Source: an uncultured Chromatiales bacterium | GTDB taxonomy: Bacteria > Pseudomonadota > Gammaproteobacteria > SZUA-140 | DNA: 64,000 nt | NCBI GenBank assembly: GCA_964437335.1 | Contig: CAYTGL010000002.1 | Span: forward strand, 66,734-130,733 | Direction of reading: 5' to 3' | In this document: one piece after another, positions 37,303 to 46,525 of the stretch | Layout of the letters: every line of letters begins with the position of its first letter | How positions within the stretch are numbered: position 1 is the first letter of the stretch | The notes under the pieces: generated by a model | The model's database searches: none | Told to the model about the DNA's origin: nothing | Seen by the model: only the letters and a program-made list of their open reading frames with translations | Program-made: the position numbers and the translations under genes

Positions 37303-38541
37303 ATGACGTCCGATACCGCAGTCGCCGCTCTCATCGGCGACACCGAGCCGTACTTCACGATCGAACATGATGGCCGGCGGCTTACCGTGCTCGGGACCGC
37401 GCATATCTCGCGAACCAGCGCCGACAAGGTCACGGAGCTGATCGACCAGGGCGGCTATGATGCCGTCGCGATCGAGTTGTGTCCGAGCAGGCACAATGCA
37501 CTGATGAATCCCGACAACCTGTCGCGGATGAACCTGTTCGACGTATTCCGGCAGAAGAAGGCGGCGATGGTCGCGGCGAGCCTGGCGCTGGCCGCGTATC
37601 AGCAGCGCATGGCGGAACAGCTCAATATCAGACCGGGCGCGGAGATGCTGGCGGCGATCGATGGCGCGCGGGCGCGGCATCTGCCGGTGCTGCTGATCGA
37701 TCGCGAAATCGCCATCACCTTGCGCCGCGTCTATCGCAATGTGCCGTGGTGGCAGCGTCTGAATCTGGTATCGGGACTGCTGGCAAGCCTGGTGACGTCG
37801 CGCAAGATCTCCGCGGAGGAAATCGAACGCCTCAAGGAAGGCGATATCCTCGAGTCGACGTTTTCGCAGTTCGCCGAGCAGTCGAAAGATCTCTATATCC
37901 CGCTGATCGACGAACGGGACCGCTACATGTCAGCGCGACTGGTCAAGGAATTCGGCAATGGGAATCATCGCAACATGCTCGCAGTCGTCGGCGCCGGGCA
38001 TTTGCGCGGGATCAGCGGCTATTTACCCGAATACCTTGAATCTTCGATCCTGATGCCGCCGGACAAGACGATCAGCGATCTCGACGAGGTGCCGCCGCCG
38101 AGCCGCTGGCCGAAGTTGATTTCCTGGGTGGTCGTGCTGCTGATCCTGACCGGCTTCGCCATCGGATTTTCTCGCGGCCCGGAACTCGGCCTGCGCATGG
38201 TGATCGACTGGATCGTCATCAACGGCGGACTCGCCGCGCTCGGCACGATACTGGCCGGCGGGCATTATCTGACGGTCATAGGCGCGTTCGTGGCGGCGCC
38301 GCTGACGTCACTGAATCCGATGATCGGGGTCGGGATGGTGACCGCGGTCATCGAGACCTGGGCGCGCAAGCCGCAGGTCGGGGATTTCGCGCAATTGCGC
38401 AAGGACACCGCGAGCTTCAGCGGCTGGCGCCGCAACCGCGTGGCACGCACACTGCTGGTCTTTCTGTTCAGCACCCTCGGCTCGGCGACCGGCACCTATC
38501 TGGCCGGCTTCCTGATCTTCCAGCGCCTGATGCAGCAGTGA
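37303..38541 (+). CDS. TraB/GumN family protein with a C-terminal membrane domain
   Basis: 412 aa with the GTAHIS motif typical of TraB/PrgY/GumN. Confidence 0.8.
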   Translation: MTSDTAVAALIGDTEPYFTIEHDGRRLTVLGTAHISRTSADKVTELIDQGGYDAVAIELCPSRHNALMNPDNLSRMNLFDVFRQKKAAMVAASLALAAYQQRMAEQLNIRPGAEMLAAIDGARARHLPVLLIDREIAITLRRVYRNVPWWQRLNLVSGLLASLVTSRKISAEEIERLKEGDILESTFSQFAEQSKDLYIPLIDERDRYMSARLVKEFGNGNHRNMLAVVGAGHLRGISGYLPEYLESSILMPPDKTISDLDEVPPPSRWPKLISWVVVLLILTGFAIGFSRGPELGLRMVIDWIVINGGLAALGTILAGGHYLTVIGAFVAAPLTSLNPMIGVGMVTAVIETWARKPQVGDFAQLRKDTASFSGWRRNRVARTLLVFLFSTLGSATGTYLAGFLIFQRLMQQ

Positions 38542-38554
38542 CGGGGTCAGGCCC

Positions 38555-39289
38555 CTAGTCAACAAAGGGCCCGTGCTGGCGGATCGGCTCACGATGCGGT
38601 TTGCCGAAGCAGAACATCAGGCGGCACTCCTCCCAGGCCTCGATCATCAGCGTTCCGGGATCATCAAAGAAACCGGCGCAATCATGGTCGAGCGCCTTGC
38701 CGCCGACGGCGGCCGAGCCTTCCGCCGCGTAGATCAGGCCGCGATATCCCGACGGGATCGCCTCACGAAAGGTCACACCCGGATCGAGGTGGACATCGAG
38801 ATACAGTACCGGCGTATGCAGTCGCATCGGTGAGCCCTTGCCGACAATCGTGATGGTCCTGCCCCCCTCGAACTTTCTCACCGGCAACTCGTCGATGTCG
38901 ACCTGCTGATATTCCGGTTCGAGACTCTTGTGCTTCCCCGGCAGGTTGATCCACAACTGAATCCCGCGCGTCACGCCATCACCGACCGGCATTTCGGAGT
39001 GTGTGATACCGCGTCCCGCGGTGAAGCGCTGCGCGCCGCCCGCGAGTACCGTGGAGCGATTGCCGAGGTTGTCTTCGTGGCGCATGCCGCCCGAGAACAG
39101 ATATGTGATCGCTTCGAAGCCGCGATGCGTATGATCAGGCAGGCCGGCATCCGGCGTGATCGAGAAGTGATCCCACAATACGAAGGGATCGAAGTTCATC
39201 CAGCCGGACACGGGCATCAGACGCCTGACATCGACGCCAGCCCCTTCCTTCATTTCGGTCGCACGACGGAACTCGGGATTGGCGCTCAT
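38555..39289 (-). CDS. Pirin family cupin protein
   Basis: 244 aa, HTHRGFEAITYLFSG... Confidence 0.9.
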   Translation of the reverse strand: MSANPEFRRATEMKEGAGVDVRRLMPVSGWMNFDPFVLWDHFSITPDAGLPDHTHRGFEAITYLFSGGMRHEDNLGNRSTVLAGGAQRFTAGRGITHSEMPVGDGVTRGIQLWINLPGKHKSLEPEYQQVDIDELPVRKFEGGRTITIVGKGSPMRLHTPVLYLDVHLDPGVTFREAIPSGYRGLIYAAEGSAAVGGKALDHDCAGFFDDPGTLMIEAWEECRLMFCFGKPHREPIRQHGPFVD

Positions 39290-39451
39290 GGTTTGCTCCT
39301 TGAATCGTATTGGCCGGTCAGAGCCGTATTATCCACGCTTTCCCCGGATAAAAAAGGGTAACCTGGGGTCAAACCGGATGACTTTGCTTTCAATACACGC
39401 GCCGTGCCCATAAAATGCAGGACAAGCAACACAGGATTATCAGGAGAAATA

Positions 39452-40201
39452 ATGACGAATCGTGTCTGGCCAGCCAGTGTCCTGCTGTTTCTGTTGTCCG
39501 CCGGCGCCGCGGTCGCCGGCTGTGACGACCCGCCGGCCAGAAACGTCATCTGGATCAACTGCGACAAGAGCGGCATCGACCTCAGCGGCGCCGATCTGCG
39601 CGGCGCGGTCATGACCCGCGCCAACCTCGGGAACGCCAACCTCGGCGACGCCGTGCTGACCGGAGTTGATTTCAGTTTCGCCCGGATCGAGGGCGCGCGT
39701 TTCGACAGCGCCCGCATCGACCATGCGCGCTTCATCAGCGCAGATCTCGGCGGCGCGAGCTTCAGGGATAGCATCCTCGACGGGACGAGCTTCAATCGGG
39801 CGCGCATGGCAAAGGCCGATTTCAGCGGTTCGAGCCTTCGTAACGCTTCGTTCTACCAGGCGGAGATGAGCGGCGTCTTCATGCGCGGCGCGATATTACA
39901 TGGCGCGAACCTCATTCAGGCGACACTGAGCGGCGCCGACTTCACGGGGGCCGACCTCAGCCGTGCCGATCTCGAGCGTGCGCAACTCGAAAACGCGTCG
40001 TTCAGAAGCGCGATCATGCGCAACACCCGTCTCGAAAGCGCAAACCTGCAGTCCGCCGATCTGCGTGACGCCGACATGACGAATGCCGTGCTGGTCCGGG
40101 CCGAGATCCGCGACGCAATGTTCGACGGCGCGATTCTCGATACGGCACAGTGGGTCAACCGCCGCCGCTGCCGCACCGGATCGATCGGCGACTGCCTCTG
40201 A
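39452..40201 (+). CDS. Secreted pentapeptide-repeat protein
   Basis: Signal peptide MTNRVWPASVLLFLLSAGAAVAG, then ~40 tandem A(D/N)LxG pentapeptide repeats. RBS aggaga upstream. Confidence 0.85.
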   Translation: MTNRVWPASVLLFLLSAGAAVAGCDDPPARNVIWINCDKSGIDLSGADLRGAVMTRANLGNANLGDAVLTGVDFSFARIEGARFDSARIDHARFISADLGGASFRDSILDGTSFNRARMAKADFSGSSLRNASFYQAEMSGVFMRGAILHGANLIQATLSGADFTGADLSRADLERAQLENASFRSAIMRNTRLESANLQSADLRDADMTNAVLVRAEIRDAMFDGAILDTAQWVNRRRCRTGSIGDCL

Positions 40202-40204
40202 AAA

Positions 40205-41353
40205 TCAACTAAACGGCGGCGGGACCTGCGCGGCCAGCTTCTGTCTCTCGGCGACTGCCTCGCCGGTCAGCGCGAAACCGAGCAAATCCCCTTGCTTCGA
40301 CCGGAACAGCGCGCGCATTCCGTTGCCGACGCGCGTCGCCTCCCATTCTCCCTCGCTGTCAGGCGCAGGCGGGCATACGATCACCGGATGCGCCGGCGTC
40401 TTGACGACGACCGGCATCACCGGATACTCGACCCGTGCCGGCTCGCCGGCGAGCGTTTTGCCGAGCGCGTGCGCGCCGAACATGATCGGCATGACGAAGG
40501 GCAGCACCCGCCCCCTGTGCTCCGCGCAGTCGCCGATCGCAAAGACACCGTCCGCGCTGGTGCCCAGATAATCATCGACGATGATGCCACGCCCGGTGTG
40601 AATGCCGGCCTGCTCGGCGAGCGCGATGTTCGGACGCAGACCGATCGCCGAGAGGACGACATCGGTCTCGATCTCACTGCCATCGGCCAGACTGAGAATA
40701 TAGCGGTCATTGCGCCGCATGATCGCGCGAACCGAGGTGCCGAGGCGCCACTCGATACCGGCGTCCGCGAGCGCCTGCCTCAGCAGCGCACCGGCCTGTG
40801 GCGGCAGCAGGCGCCCGAGCGGCGTCTCATCAGGACCGATGACGGCAACCTTGCGGCCGGTCGCGCAAATATCGTTCGCGAACTCGCAGCCTATCAGCCC
40901 CGGCCCGATTACGCTGACATGACGGGCGCCGGAAACCGCCTGGTGGAAACGCGCGAAATCCTCGAGCGAGTTGATGGTCAGTATCTCGCCCGCAGCATCG
41001 CCCTCGATTGGCAGCGCAATCTGGCTCGCGCCGACCGCGAGCACGAGGCGGGACCAGTCATGTGTCCCCTCCGCCGTACGCAGCGTGCGGGCGGCGATAT
41101 CGAGGGCGGTGACCGTCGTATGTGGCCTGATCTCCGCCTTGAGCTGCTCGGCCATCTGCAGAGGGCCGGCGCTCGCCAGTTGCGCGGGCGTCATGCCGCG
41201 TCCGAGTGCATTCGACAGCAGCGGTTTCGAGTAGAAAGCGCCGCCATCGGCAGTCAGTAACAACAACGGCGCAGCACCATCGTGCTTGCGATATTCCTTC
41301 GCAACGTGATAGCCGGCGAGCCCGCTGCCGATGATCACGACGGGCGCGCTCAC
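40205..41353 (-). CDS. FAD/NAD(P)-dependent pyridine nucleotide-disulfide oxidoreductase (rubredoxin/ferredoxin reductase-like)
   Basis: 382 aa with two Rossmann motifs, VVIIGSGLAG and VSVIGPGLIGCE. Confidence 0.8.
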   Translation of the reverse strand: MSAPVVIIGSGLAGYHVAKEYRKHDGAAPLLLLTADGGAFYSKPLLSNALGRGMTPAQLASAGPLQMAEQLKAEIRPHTTVTALDIAARTLRTAEGTHDWSRLVLAVGASQIALPIEGDAAGEILTINSLEDFARFHQAVSGARHVSVIGPGLIGCEFANDICATGRKVAVIGPDETPLGRLLPPQAGALLRQALADAGIEWRLGTSVRAIMRRNDRYILSLADGSEIETDVVLSAIGLRPNIALAEQAGIHTGRGIIVDDYLGTSADGVFAIGDCAEHRGRVLPFVMPIMFGAHALGKTLAGEPARVEYPVMPVVVKTPAHPVIVCPPAPDSEGEWEATRVGNGMRALFRSKQGDLLGFALTGEAVAERQKLAAQVPPPFS

Positions 41354-41540
41354 CGGCGCCCCCGGTGTCTGTGTTCCTGCAGCCCGGGCCTCATCGTGTA
41401 TAATCTCCTCCGGTAACTGAAATTACCCGGCAAGTATATCCGCTTCCCGACCCCGCCTCACGGGAATACCCGCGCCGACAGCAGGAGAACAGACGGCGCG
41501 AGGCAACGAAATTCACGGGCGAAACCTGCATATCACTGAC

Positions 41541-42284
41541 ATGAGCCACTGGGTACAAGGACACATCGTCGGCAAGCGGAACTGGACCGACAATCTGTTT
41601 TCACTGCAGATCGACGCGCCGGTCGAATCTTTTCGCGCCGGGCAGTTTACCCAGCTTGCGCTCGACATCGACGGCGAGCGTATCGGACGGCCGTATTCGT
41701 TCGTCAACGGACCCGACGAGCGCCCGCTGGAGTTCCACTTCATCACGATCCCGCGCGGCCCGCTGACCGACCGCCTGCAGCATCTCGATACCGGGGACAC
41801 CATCTGGATTGCCGCGCGTCCGGCCGGGTATTTCACACTGGATGGCGTCCGTGATGCAGCGCACTTGTGGCTGATGGCGACCGGCACCGCGCTCGGCGTA
41901 TTCCTGTCGCTGCTGAAGACCGACGAGATTTGGCTACGCTTCGGTAAAATCATCCTGGTCCATGCCGTGCGCACGCGCAACGAACTGACCTACCAGGAGG
42001 AGATCCGGGCCCTGCGTGATCGCCATCCGGACCGCTTCACCTGGGTACCGTTCGTCAGCCGCGAGGACACCGACTTCGCGATCCGCGACCGTATCCCGAA
42101 TGCGATCCGGAACGGCCGCGTCGCCGCAGCGGCAGGCGCGCCGTTGCGGCCCGACGATTGCCAGGTCATGCTGTGCGGAAATCCCGGCATGGTGCGTGAC
42201 ACGACACGCGTGCTCGAGGAACGAGGCTTCACGCGTAACCTGCGCAAGCAGCCGGGCAACATCACATCGGAACATTACTGGTAA
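41541..42284 (+). CDS. fpr: Ferredoxin--NADP+ reductase
   Basis: 247 aa with the RPYS FAD-binding motif and the C-terminal EHYW tail, as in E. coli Fpr. Confidence 0.93.
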   Translation: MSHWVQGHIVGKRNWTDNLFSLQIDAPVESFRAGQFTQLALDIDGERIGRPYSFVNGPDERPLEFHFITIPRGPLTDRLQHLDTGDTIWIAARPAGYFTLDGVRDAAHLWLMATGTALGVFLSLLKTDEIWLRFGKIILVHAVRTRNELTYQEEIRALRDRHPDRFTWVPFVSREDTDFAIRDRIPNAIRNGRVAAAAGAPLRPDDCQVMLCGNPGMVRDTTRVLEERGFTRNLRKQPGNITSEHYW

Positions 42285-42376
42285 GTGGAGCGCCGCCCTG
42301 AACGCAGCCGTTTTGATCTCATCACCCCGTGCTGACGGCTTAGACCCGCTCACTCGATTCCGGTATAATTCAGCTC

Positions 42377-42664
42377 ATGAACACCATCAGCGCGCCCCGT
42401 GACGATCAGGGGCTCATCGAGCATCATGCACAGCGCGCGCGCGCCGGACTGATCCCGAAGACCGGCGCGGTCAGGCAATACCCTGCGCCCGATAGCCATA
42501 CCTGCTTCGAGCCGGCGCGTGCGGCACCGATGACGCCGACCCCGGTGTCCGCGCGCCGCGCCGCGGTGTCCGTGTGGCGCGGGCCGGAACGTCGCAGGCG
42601 CCGCCTGCCGGTGCTGCTCGATACCCGCGTCATCGCTGACTGTTCGATCGACCTGCTGGCCTGA
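42377..42664 (+). CDS. Hypothetical small protein (95 aa), possibly leaderless
   Basis: High GC3 ORF. TATAAT at 42364-42369 ends 7 nt before the ATG. No recognised domain. Confidence 0.4.
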   Translation: MNTISAPRDDQGLIEHHAQRARAGLIPKTGAVRQYPAPDSHTCFEPARAAPMTPTPVSARRAAVSVWRGPERRRRRLPVLLDTRVIADCSIDLLA

Positions 42665-42693
42665 ACGCGCCACACTCTGACGTTACGGTTTCC

Positions 42694-43209
42694 ATGGCCC
42701 GAACTGCGCTCACCGCACCCCGACCGCTGTTCCTTGCCGGCTTCGTCGCTTGCACGGCGCTGATCGCAATCGCCCTGTATTTTCAGCATGTCATGTCCCT
42801 GGAGCCCTGCCCGCTGTGCATCCTGCAACGCATCGCAGTCATCGCGCTCGGCGTGATCTATCTCGCCGGCGCATTGCACGATCCCGGTCGGTTCGGGCGT
42901 CGCATCTATGCGCTGCTGGCGCTGTTGACGGCGGCCATCGGCGGGGCGATCGCCGGCCGTCATGTCTGGCTCGAGAATCTTCCCGAGGACCAGATCCCGG
43001 CCTGCGGTCCCGGACTCAATTACATGCTCGACAACTTTCCGCTGGCCAAGGCCCTCGAACTGGTCCTGCGCGGGTCGGGTGAATGCGCGGAAGTGACGTG
43101 GACCTTCCTCGGCCTCAGTATCCCCGCGTGGACGCTGGTCGCCTTCGTCGGCTTCGCGGGCCTGTCGCTGTTCCTGTTTTTTCGCCGTTTCGCGCGCCCG
43201 GCGTTCTGA
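42694..43209 (+). CDS. dsbB: Disulfide bond formation protein B
   Basis: 171 aa, four TMs, periplasmic Cys pairs CPLC and C..C (GSGECAEV). Confidence 0.92.
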   Translation: MARTALTAPRPLFLAGFVACTALIAIALYFQHVMSLEPCPLCILQRIAVIALGVIYLAGALHDPGRFGRRIYALLALLTAAIGGAIAGRHVWLENLPEDQIPACGPGLNYMLDNFPLAKALELVLRGSGECAEVTWTFLGLSIPAWTLVAFVGFAGLSLFLFFRRFARPAF

Positions 43210-43218
43210 AACACTTGC

Positions 43219-43986
43219 CTATCTCGCGACCTCGGCGGTCCGACTCTGCGCGTAGGCGTCCCGGATGAACACATAGGGATCGAGGGCGTCGCGCTTGATC
43301 GCCTCGTAGGTATCGCGATCCAGCGACAGGGTGTTGATGGCGTCGAAGGTCAACAAGCCGACCGATATCCAGTTGTTGTCGACCCTGGTCCAGACAGGGT
43401 CGAGCACGAAATCGTCGAATAGCGCGCCTGTCCCGTCGCGCAGGCTTGTCGGTCCGAACACCGGCATGACGAAGTAGAAGCCGTGGCCGACGCCGTAATG
43501 GCCGAGCGTCTGGCCGAAATCCTCCCGCTTTTCGCGTATGTCAAGCATCTTGTATGCCGGGTCGAACAGACCTCCGATGCCGATCGTGCTGTTGAAACCG
43601 AATCTCAGCAGCTCGTTGCCGGCATCGACCAGCTTGCACTGTAAGAGCGCGTTGGTGATCCTGATCGGCGCACGCAGGTTCGAGAAGAAATTGCGGGTCG
43701 CGGTCCGCACCGGGGTCGGGACCACGCGATACGCGCGCGCCACGGGTTTCAGAACGTAGAAATACAGGCGATCATTGAAGGCGTACATCGCCCGGTTGAA
43801 GGGTTCCAGCGGATCCGCGATCAGGGTAATGTCGTCGTCCCAGTCCTCATCCCACTCATCCGGATCGCCAGGGGCACCCTCCGTCTGTGCAAGCAGCGGA
43901 AAAGCGACCACGCAGGATAGAATGAACAACAACTGGAAGAGTCGTTTCACGCTCTTGGGTCGTGGAAAAACACGGCTATTCTGCAT
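43219..43986 (-). CDS. mlaA: MlaA/VacJ family outer-membrane lipoprotein
   Basis: 255 aa with lipobox ILSC and the conserved MlaA core (FNRAMYAFND...GLFDPA). Confidence 0.9.
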   Translation of the reverse strand: MQNSRVFPRPKSVKRLFQLLFILSCVVAFPLLAQTEGAPGDPDEWDEDWDDDITLIADPLEPFNRAMYAFNDRLYFYVLKPVARAYRVVPTPVRTATRNFFSNLRAPIRITNALLQCKLVDAGNELLRFGFNSTIGIGGLFDPAYKMLDIREKREDFGQTLGHYGVGHGFYFVMPVFGPTSLRDGTGALFDDFVLDPVWTRVDNNWISVGLLTFDAINTLSLDRDTYEAIKRDALDPYVFIRDAYAQSRTAEVAR

Positions 43987-44100
43987 TCAGGGACCTTTCA
44001 GGTCAACGATCTGTCTGGCGGTGGAGACGTTCGCGGCACTGGCGGCGCATTGTCACTCAGGTATAATCTGCTGTAATCATCGACAGTTTCGCCAGGCACC

Positions 44101-44499
44101 ATGAACAAGATTTCGAAACCCGCCGAGGAATGGCAGGCGCAACTGACCCACGAGCAGTTCATGGTGACACGCGCGGGCGCAACAGAGCCGCCGTACACCG
44201 GCGCACATCTCGACAACAAGGCCCGGGGTCGCTATCTCTGCGTGTGCTGCAAGTCACCGCTGTTTTCAGCGGAACACAAATACGATTCAGGCAGCGGCTG
44301 GCCAAGCTTTAATATGCCATTCGCCGATGATTCACTTGAATCGCTGCCTGATCACAGCCATGCAATGCGCAGAACCGAGATCCGTTGCGCCCGCTGCGAG
44401 GCGCATCTCGGGCATGTCTTCACGGACGGGCCGCCACCGACCGGCCTGCGTTATTGCATTAATTCCGCGTCGCTCGATTTCGAGCCGGGAAACGAATGA
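44101..44499 (+). CDS. msrB: Peptide-methionine (R)-S-oxide reductase
   Basis: 132 aa SelR domain with two CxxC zinc motifs and the catalytic RCxRCxxHLGHVF. Confidence 0.95.
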   Translation: MNKISKPAEEWQAQLTHEQFMVTRAGATEPPYTGAHLDNKARGRYLCVCCKSPLFSAEHKYDSGSGWPSFNMPFADDSLESLPDHSHAMRRTEIRCARCEAHLGHVFTDGPPPTGLRYCINSASLDFEPGNE

Positions 44500-44583
44500 T
44501 TGAATAGATGTGACTTTGGTAACGTTATGGATTAACTTGCGACCTACAATTCAATAATGCAACAGCTAAGGAGGTTGATCACA

Positions 44584-44928
44584 ATGAACAGAACCATCAA
44601 GGCCGTTTCAGCAGTGGCACTCACCGCACTGCTGGTCGGAGGTTGCGCCAGCACCTCTGAAATCGAACGCGTTTCCAACGAGGCCGCCGCCGCCCAGACC
44701 ACCGCAGATGAAGCCAAGCGGATGGCCCAGGAGGCGCTCGACGCTTCGCGACAGGCGAGCGCTGCCGCGAACCGCGCTCAAACGACCGCCCAGGAAGCAA
44801 ACACCAACGCAAACCAGGCCAAGGCCGACGCCGCCGCCGCCAAGACCGATGCCGCCGCCGCCAGGGATGCCGCCGCGCGCGCCGAGGAAAAGGCCGAGCG
44901 GATGTTCCAGCGGGCAATGACGAAGTAA
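44584..44928 (+). CDS. Lpp/OprI-like alanine-zipper outer-membrane lipoprotein
   Basis: Lipobox LLVGGC, then an Ala/Gln/Lys-rich coiled coil ending ...RMFQRAMTK, resembling Pseudomonas OprI. Strong RBS ggagg. Confidence 0.85.
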   Translation: MNRTIKAVSAVALTALLVGGCASTSEIERVSNEAAAAQTTADEAKRMAQEALDASRQASAAANRAQTTAQEANTNANQAKADAAAAKTDAAAARDAAARAEEKAERMFQRAMTK

Positions 44929-44940
44929 TACCCGGGGGTC

Positions 44941-44972
44941 GGACCCATCAGGGTCTGACCCCGTTTACAACA
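44941..44972. terminator. Bidirectional hairpin terminator between the convergent lpp-like and ldt genes
   Basis: cccgggggtcggacccatcagggtctgaccccg. Confidence 0.55.
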
Positions 44973-46173
44973 GGCACTCGGACAGCATGCCGTAACGATC
45001 GGCGGGAATGATCCTGCCGACATGTCCGGTTGATTGCCTGAGTTCGTCCAGCGCAGCACGCGCCTTGTTCTCATCGGCATAGGGACCGACGAGGACATGA
45101 CAAAATCCGTCATTGACGCGCGCCTGCACCGTGACCGGCGCCCCTACCCCGGACAGCTTGCTCGCCAGCCGGGACGCGTTGTCTTTGTTCGAAAAGGCGC
45201 CGATCTGTACCATCCAGCCCGTCAACGCGCCTCCCTGGTTCCGGGATCGCAGATCGCCGATCGGTTCCGGCATACCGGTATGTCCGCCCACGACCAGCGA
45301 GGCCGACTGCTGCACCTGCGTGATCGCCTCCGGCGGCGTCACTGCCTCGATTGCAGCGAGGATGGTCGAGAAATAATCGGCGGGCGGGCGATCCGGATCC
45401 TCGACCGGCGCATGCACCTCCAGGTACAGGCGGTCATTATCGCGTCCGAGTTTGAAGGGTTGATCGATGACCCAGACCGGCGCCGTTACCGGCACGATGC
45501 CGAACAGCGCCTCGATATCTTCCGGATACATCCGGATACAGCCATGACTGACGCGCATGCCGACTCCGAAGGCCTTGTTTGTACCGTGTATCAGGTAACT
45601 GGTCCAGCCAAGCCGTAGCGCATGTTTACCCAGCGGGTTGTCCGGACCCGGCGGCACGATGGCCGGCATTGGTGGTCGACCCGCTTCTTCATGGGCCTGG
45701 CGAATCGATTGGGGCACGGTCCAGGACGGATTCTCGATCTTGCCGATGACGGTCGTAATCCCGACCGGCGTGGACCAGCCCTCCTGACCGATGCCGATCG
45801 GATAAGTCATGACTACCGGTGCTTCGTCGTTATGGGGCGCCGGGTAGAAATACAGGCGCATCTCGGCAAGATTGACGATGATTCCCTCGCGCGGGGCGCT
45901 CGGCAGGGTATAGCGGGTGGGAAGTATGACCTCGGCGCCGACCGGTGGCAGCCACGGATCGATCCCGGGATTCGCGGCGACGATCTCGTTATAACCAAGG
46001 CCGTGCTCGCGGGCGATATCGATCAGGGTCTCGCCGTCTCTGACCGCGGTCGTCGTGATCTCGCCGACCAGGTCATTGCCAGGCTCCGGCAGCGGATAGG
46101 TCGCAGCAGTCGCCGCAAAGCTCGCCAGCAACAGCGCTGCGGCCAGCGCCCCGGCCAGCCAGTCGTTTCTCAT
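44965..46173 (-). CDS. L,D-transpeptidase (YkuD) with LysM and C-terminal SPOR domains
   Basis: Signal peptide, LysM (GETLIDIAREHGLGYNEIVAANP), YkuD catalytic SHGCIRM, and SPOR (WMVQIGAFSNKDNASRLASKL). Start set at MRNDWL. Confidence 0.88.
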   Translation of the reverse strand: MRNDWLAGALAAALLLASFAATAATYPLPEPGNDLVGEITTTAVRDGETLIDIAREHGLGYNEIVAANPGIDPWLPPVGAEVILPTRYTLPSAPREGIIVNLAEMRLYFYPAPHNDEAPVVMTYPIGIGQEGWSTPVGITTVIGKIENPSWTVPQSIRQAHEEAGRPPMPAIVPPGPDNPLGKHALRLGWTSYLIHGTNKAFGVGMRVSHGCIRMYPEDIEALFGIVPVTAPVWVIDQPFKLGRDNDRLYLEVHAPVEDPDRPPADYFSTILAAIEAVTPPEAITQVQQSASLVVGGHTGMPEPIGDLRSRNQGGALTGWMVQIGAFSNKDNASRLASKLSGVGAPVTVQARVNDGFCHVLVGPYADENKARAALDELRQSTGHVGRIIPADRYGMLSECLL

Positions 46174-46525
46174 TCGCCCGAACCTCCCCGCATCGGCGGC
46201 GATGTTAACACAGCGGGGTGTCCAGGCAGCCCGGACGCCGGGGCGCACAGCAATACCCGCAGCACCCCAGGAGCACTGTTCCGATAATGCCATCGAACGT
46301 ATCGCCATGCCGTGATGCCCACTAAATGTTCCTATTGTCTTCTAAAATAACGCCTTTTGTCTCGATCTTCGTTTAAGTCTCAAATTCCGCCCGCTCACCG
46401 CGCCGCGGAATTCCAGGCGGAATCACGGCGTCGAGCCTCAATAAATCCCCGCCATCGTACGCTATAAATCAGAAGGGGAAACGATACTGCAAGCCCTACG
46501 ATAATAACGACGAGAGACGCCGCCA

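Noticed and set aside
44941-44972. Recurrent GGGGTCAG(A/G)CCCC-like motif at 30128-30156, 33866-33878, 38544-38556 and 44945-44972
   Set aside because: Looks like short GC hairpins at gene ends (terminators) with similar sequence. Too short and degenerate to call a repeat family from four instances, though a genome-wide count could revisit this.
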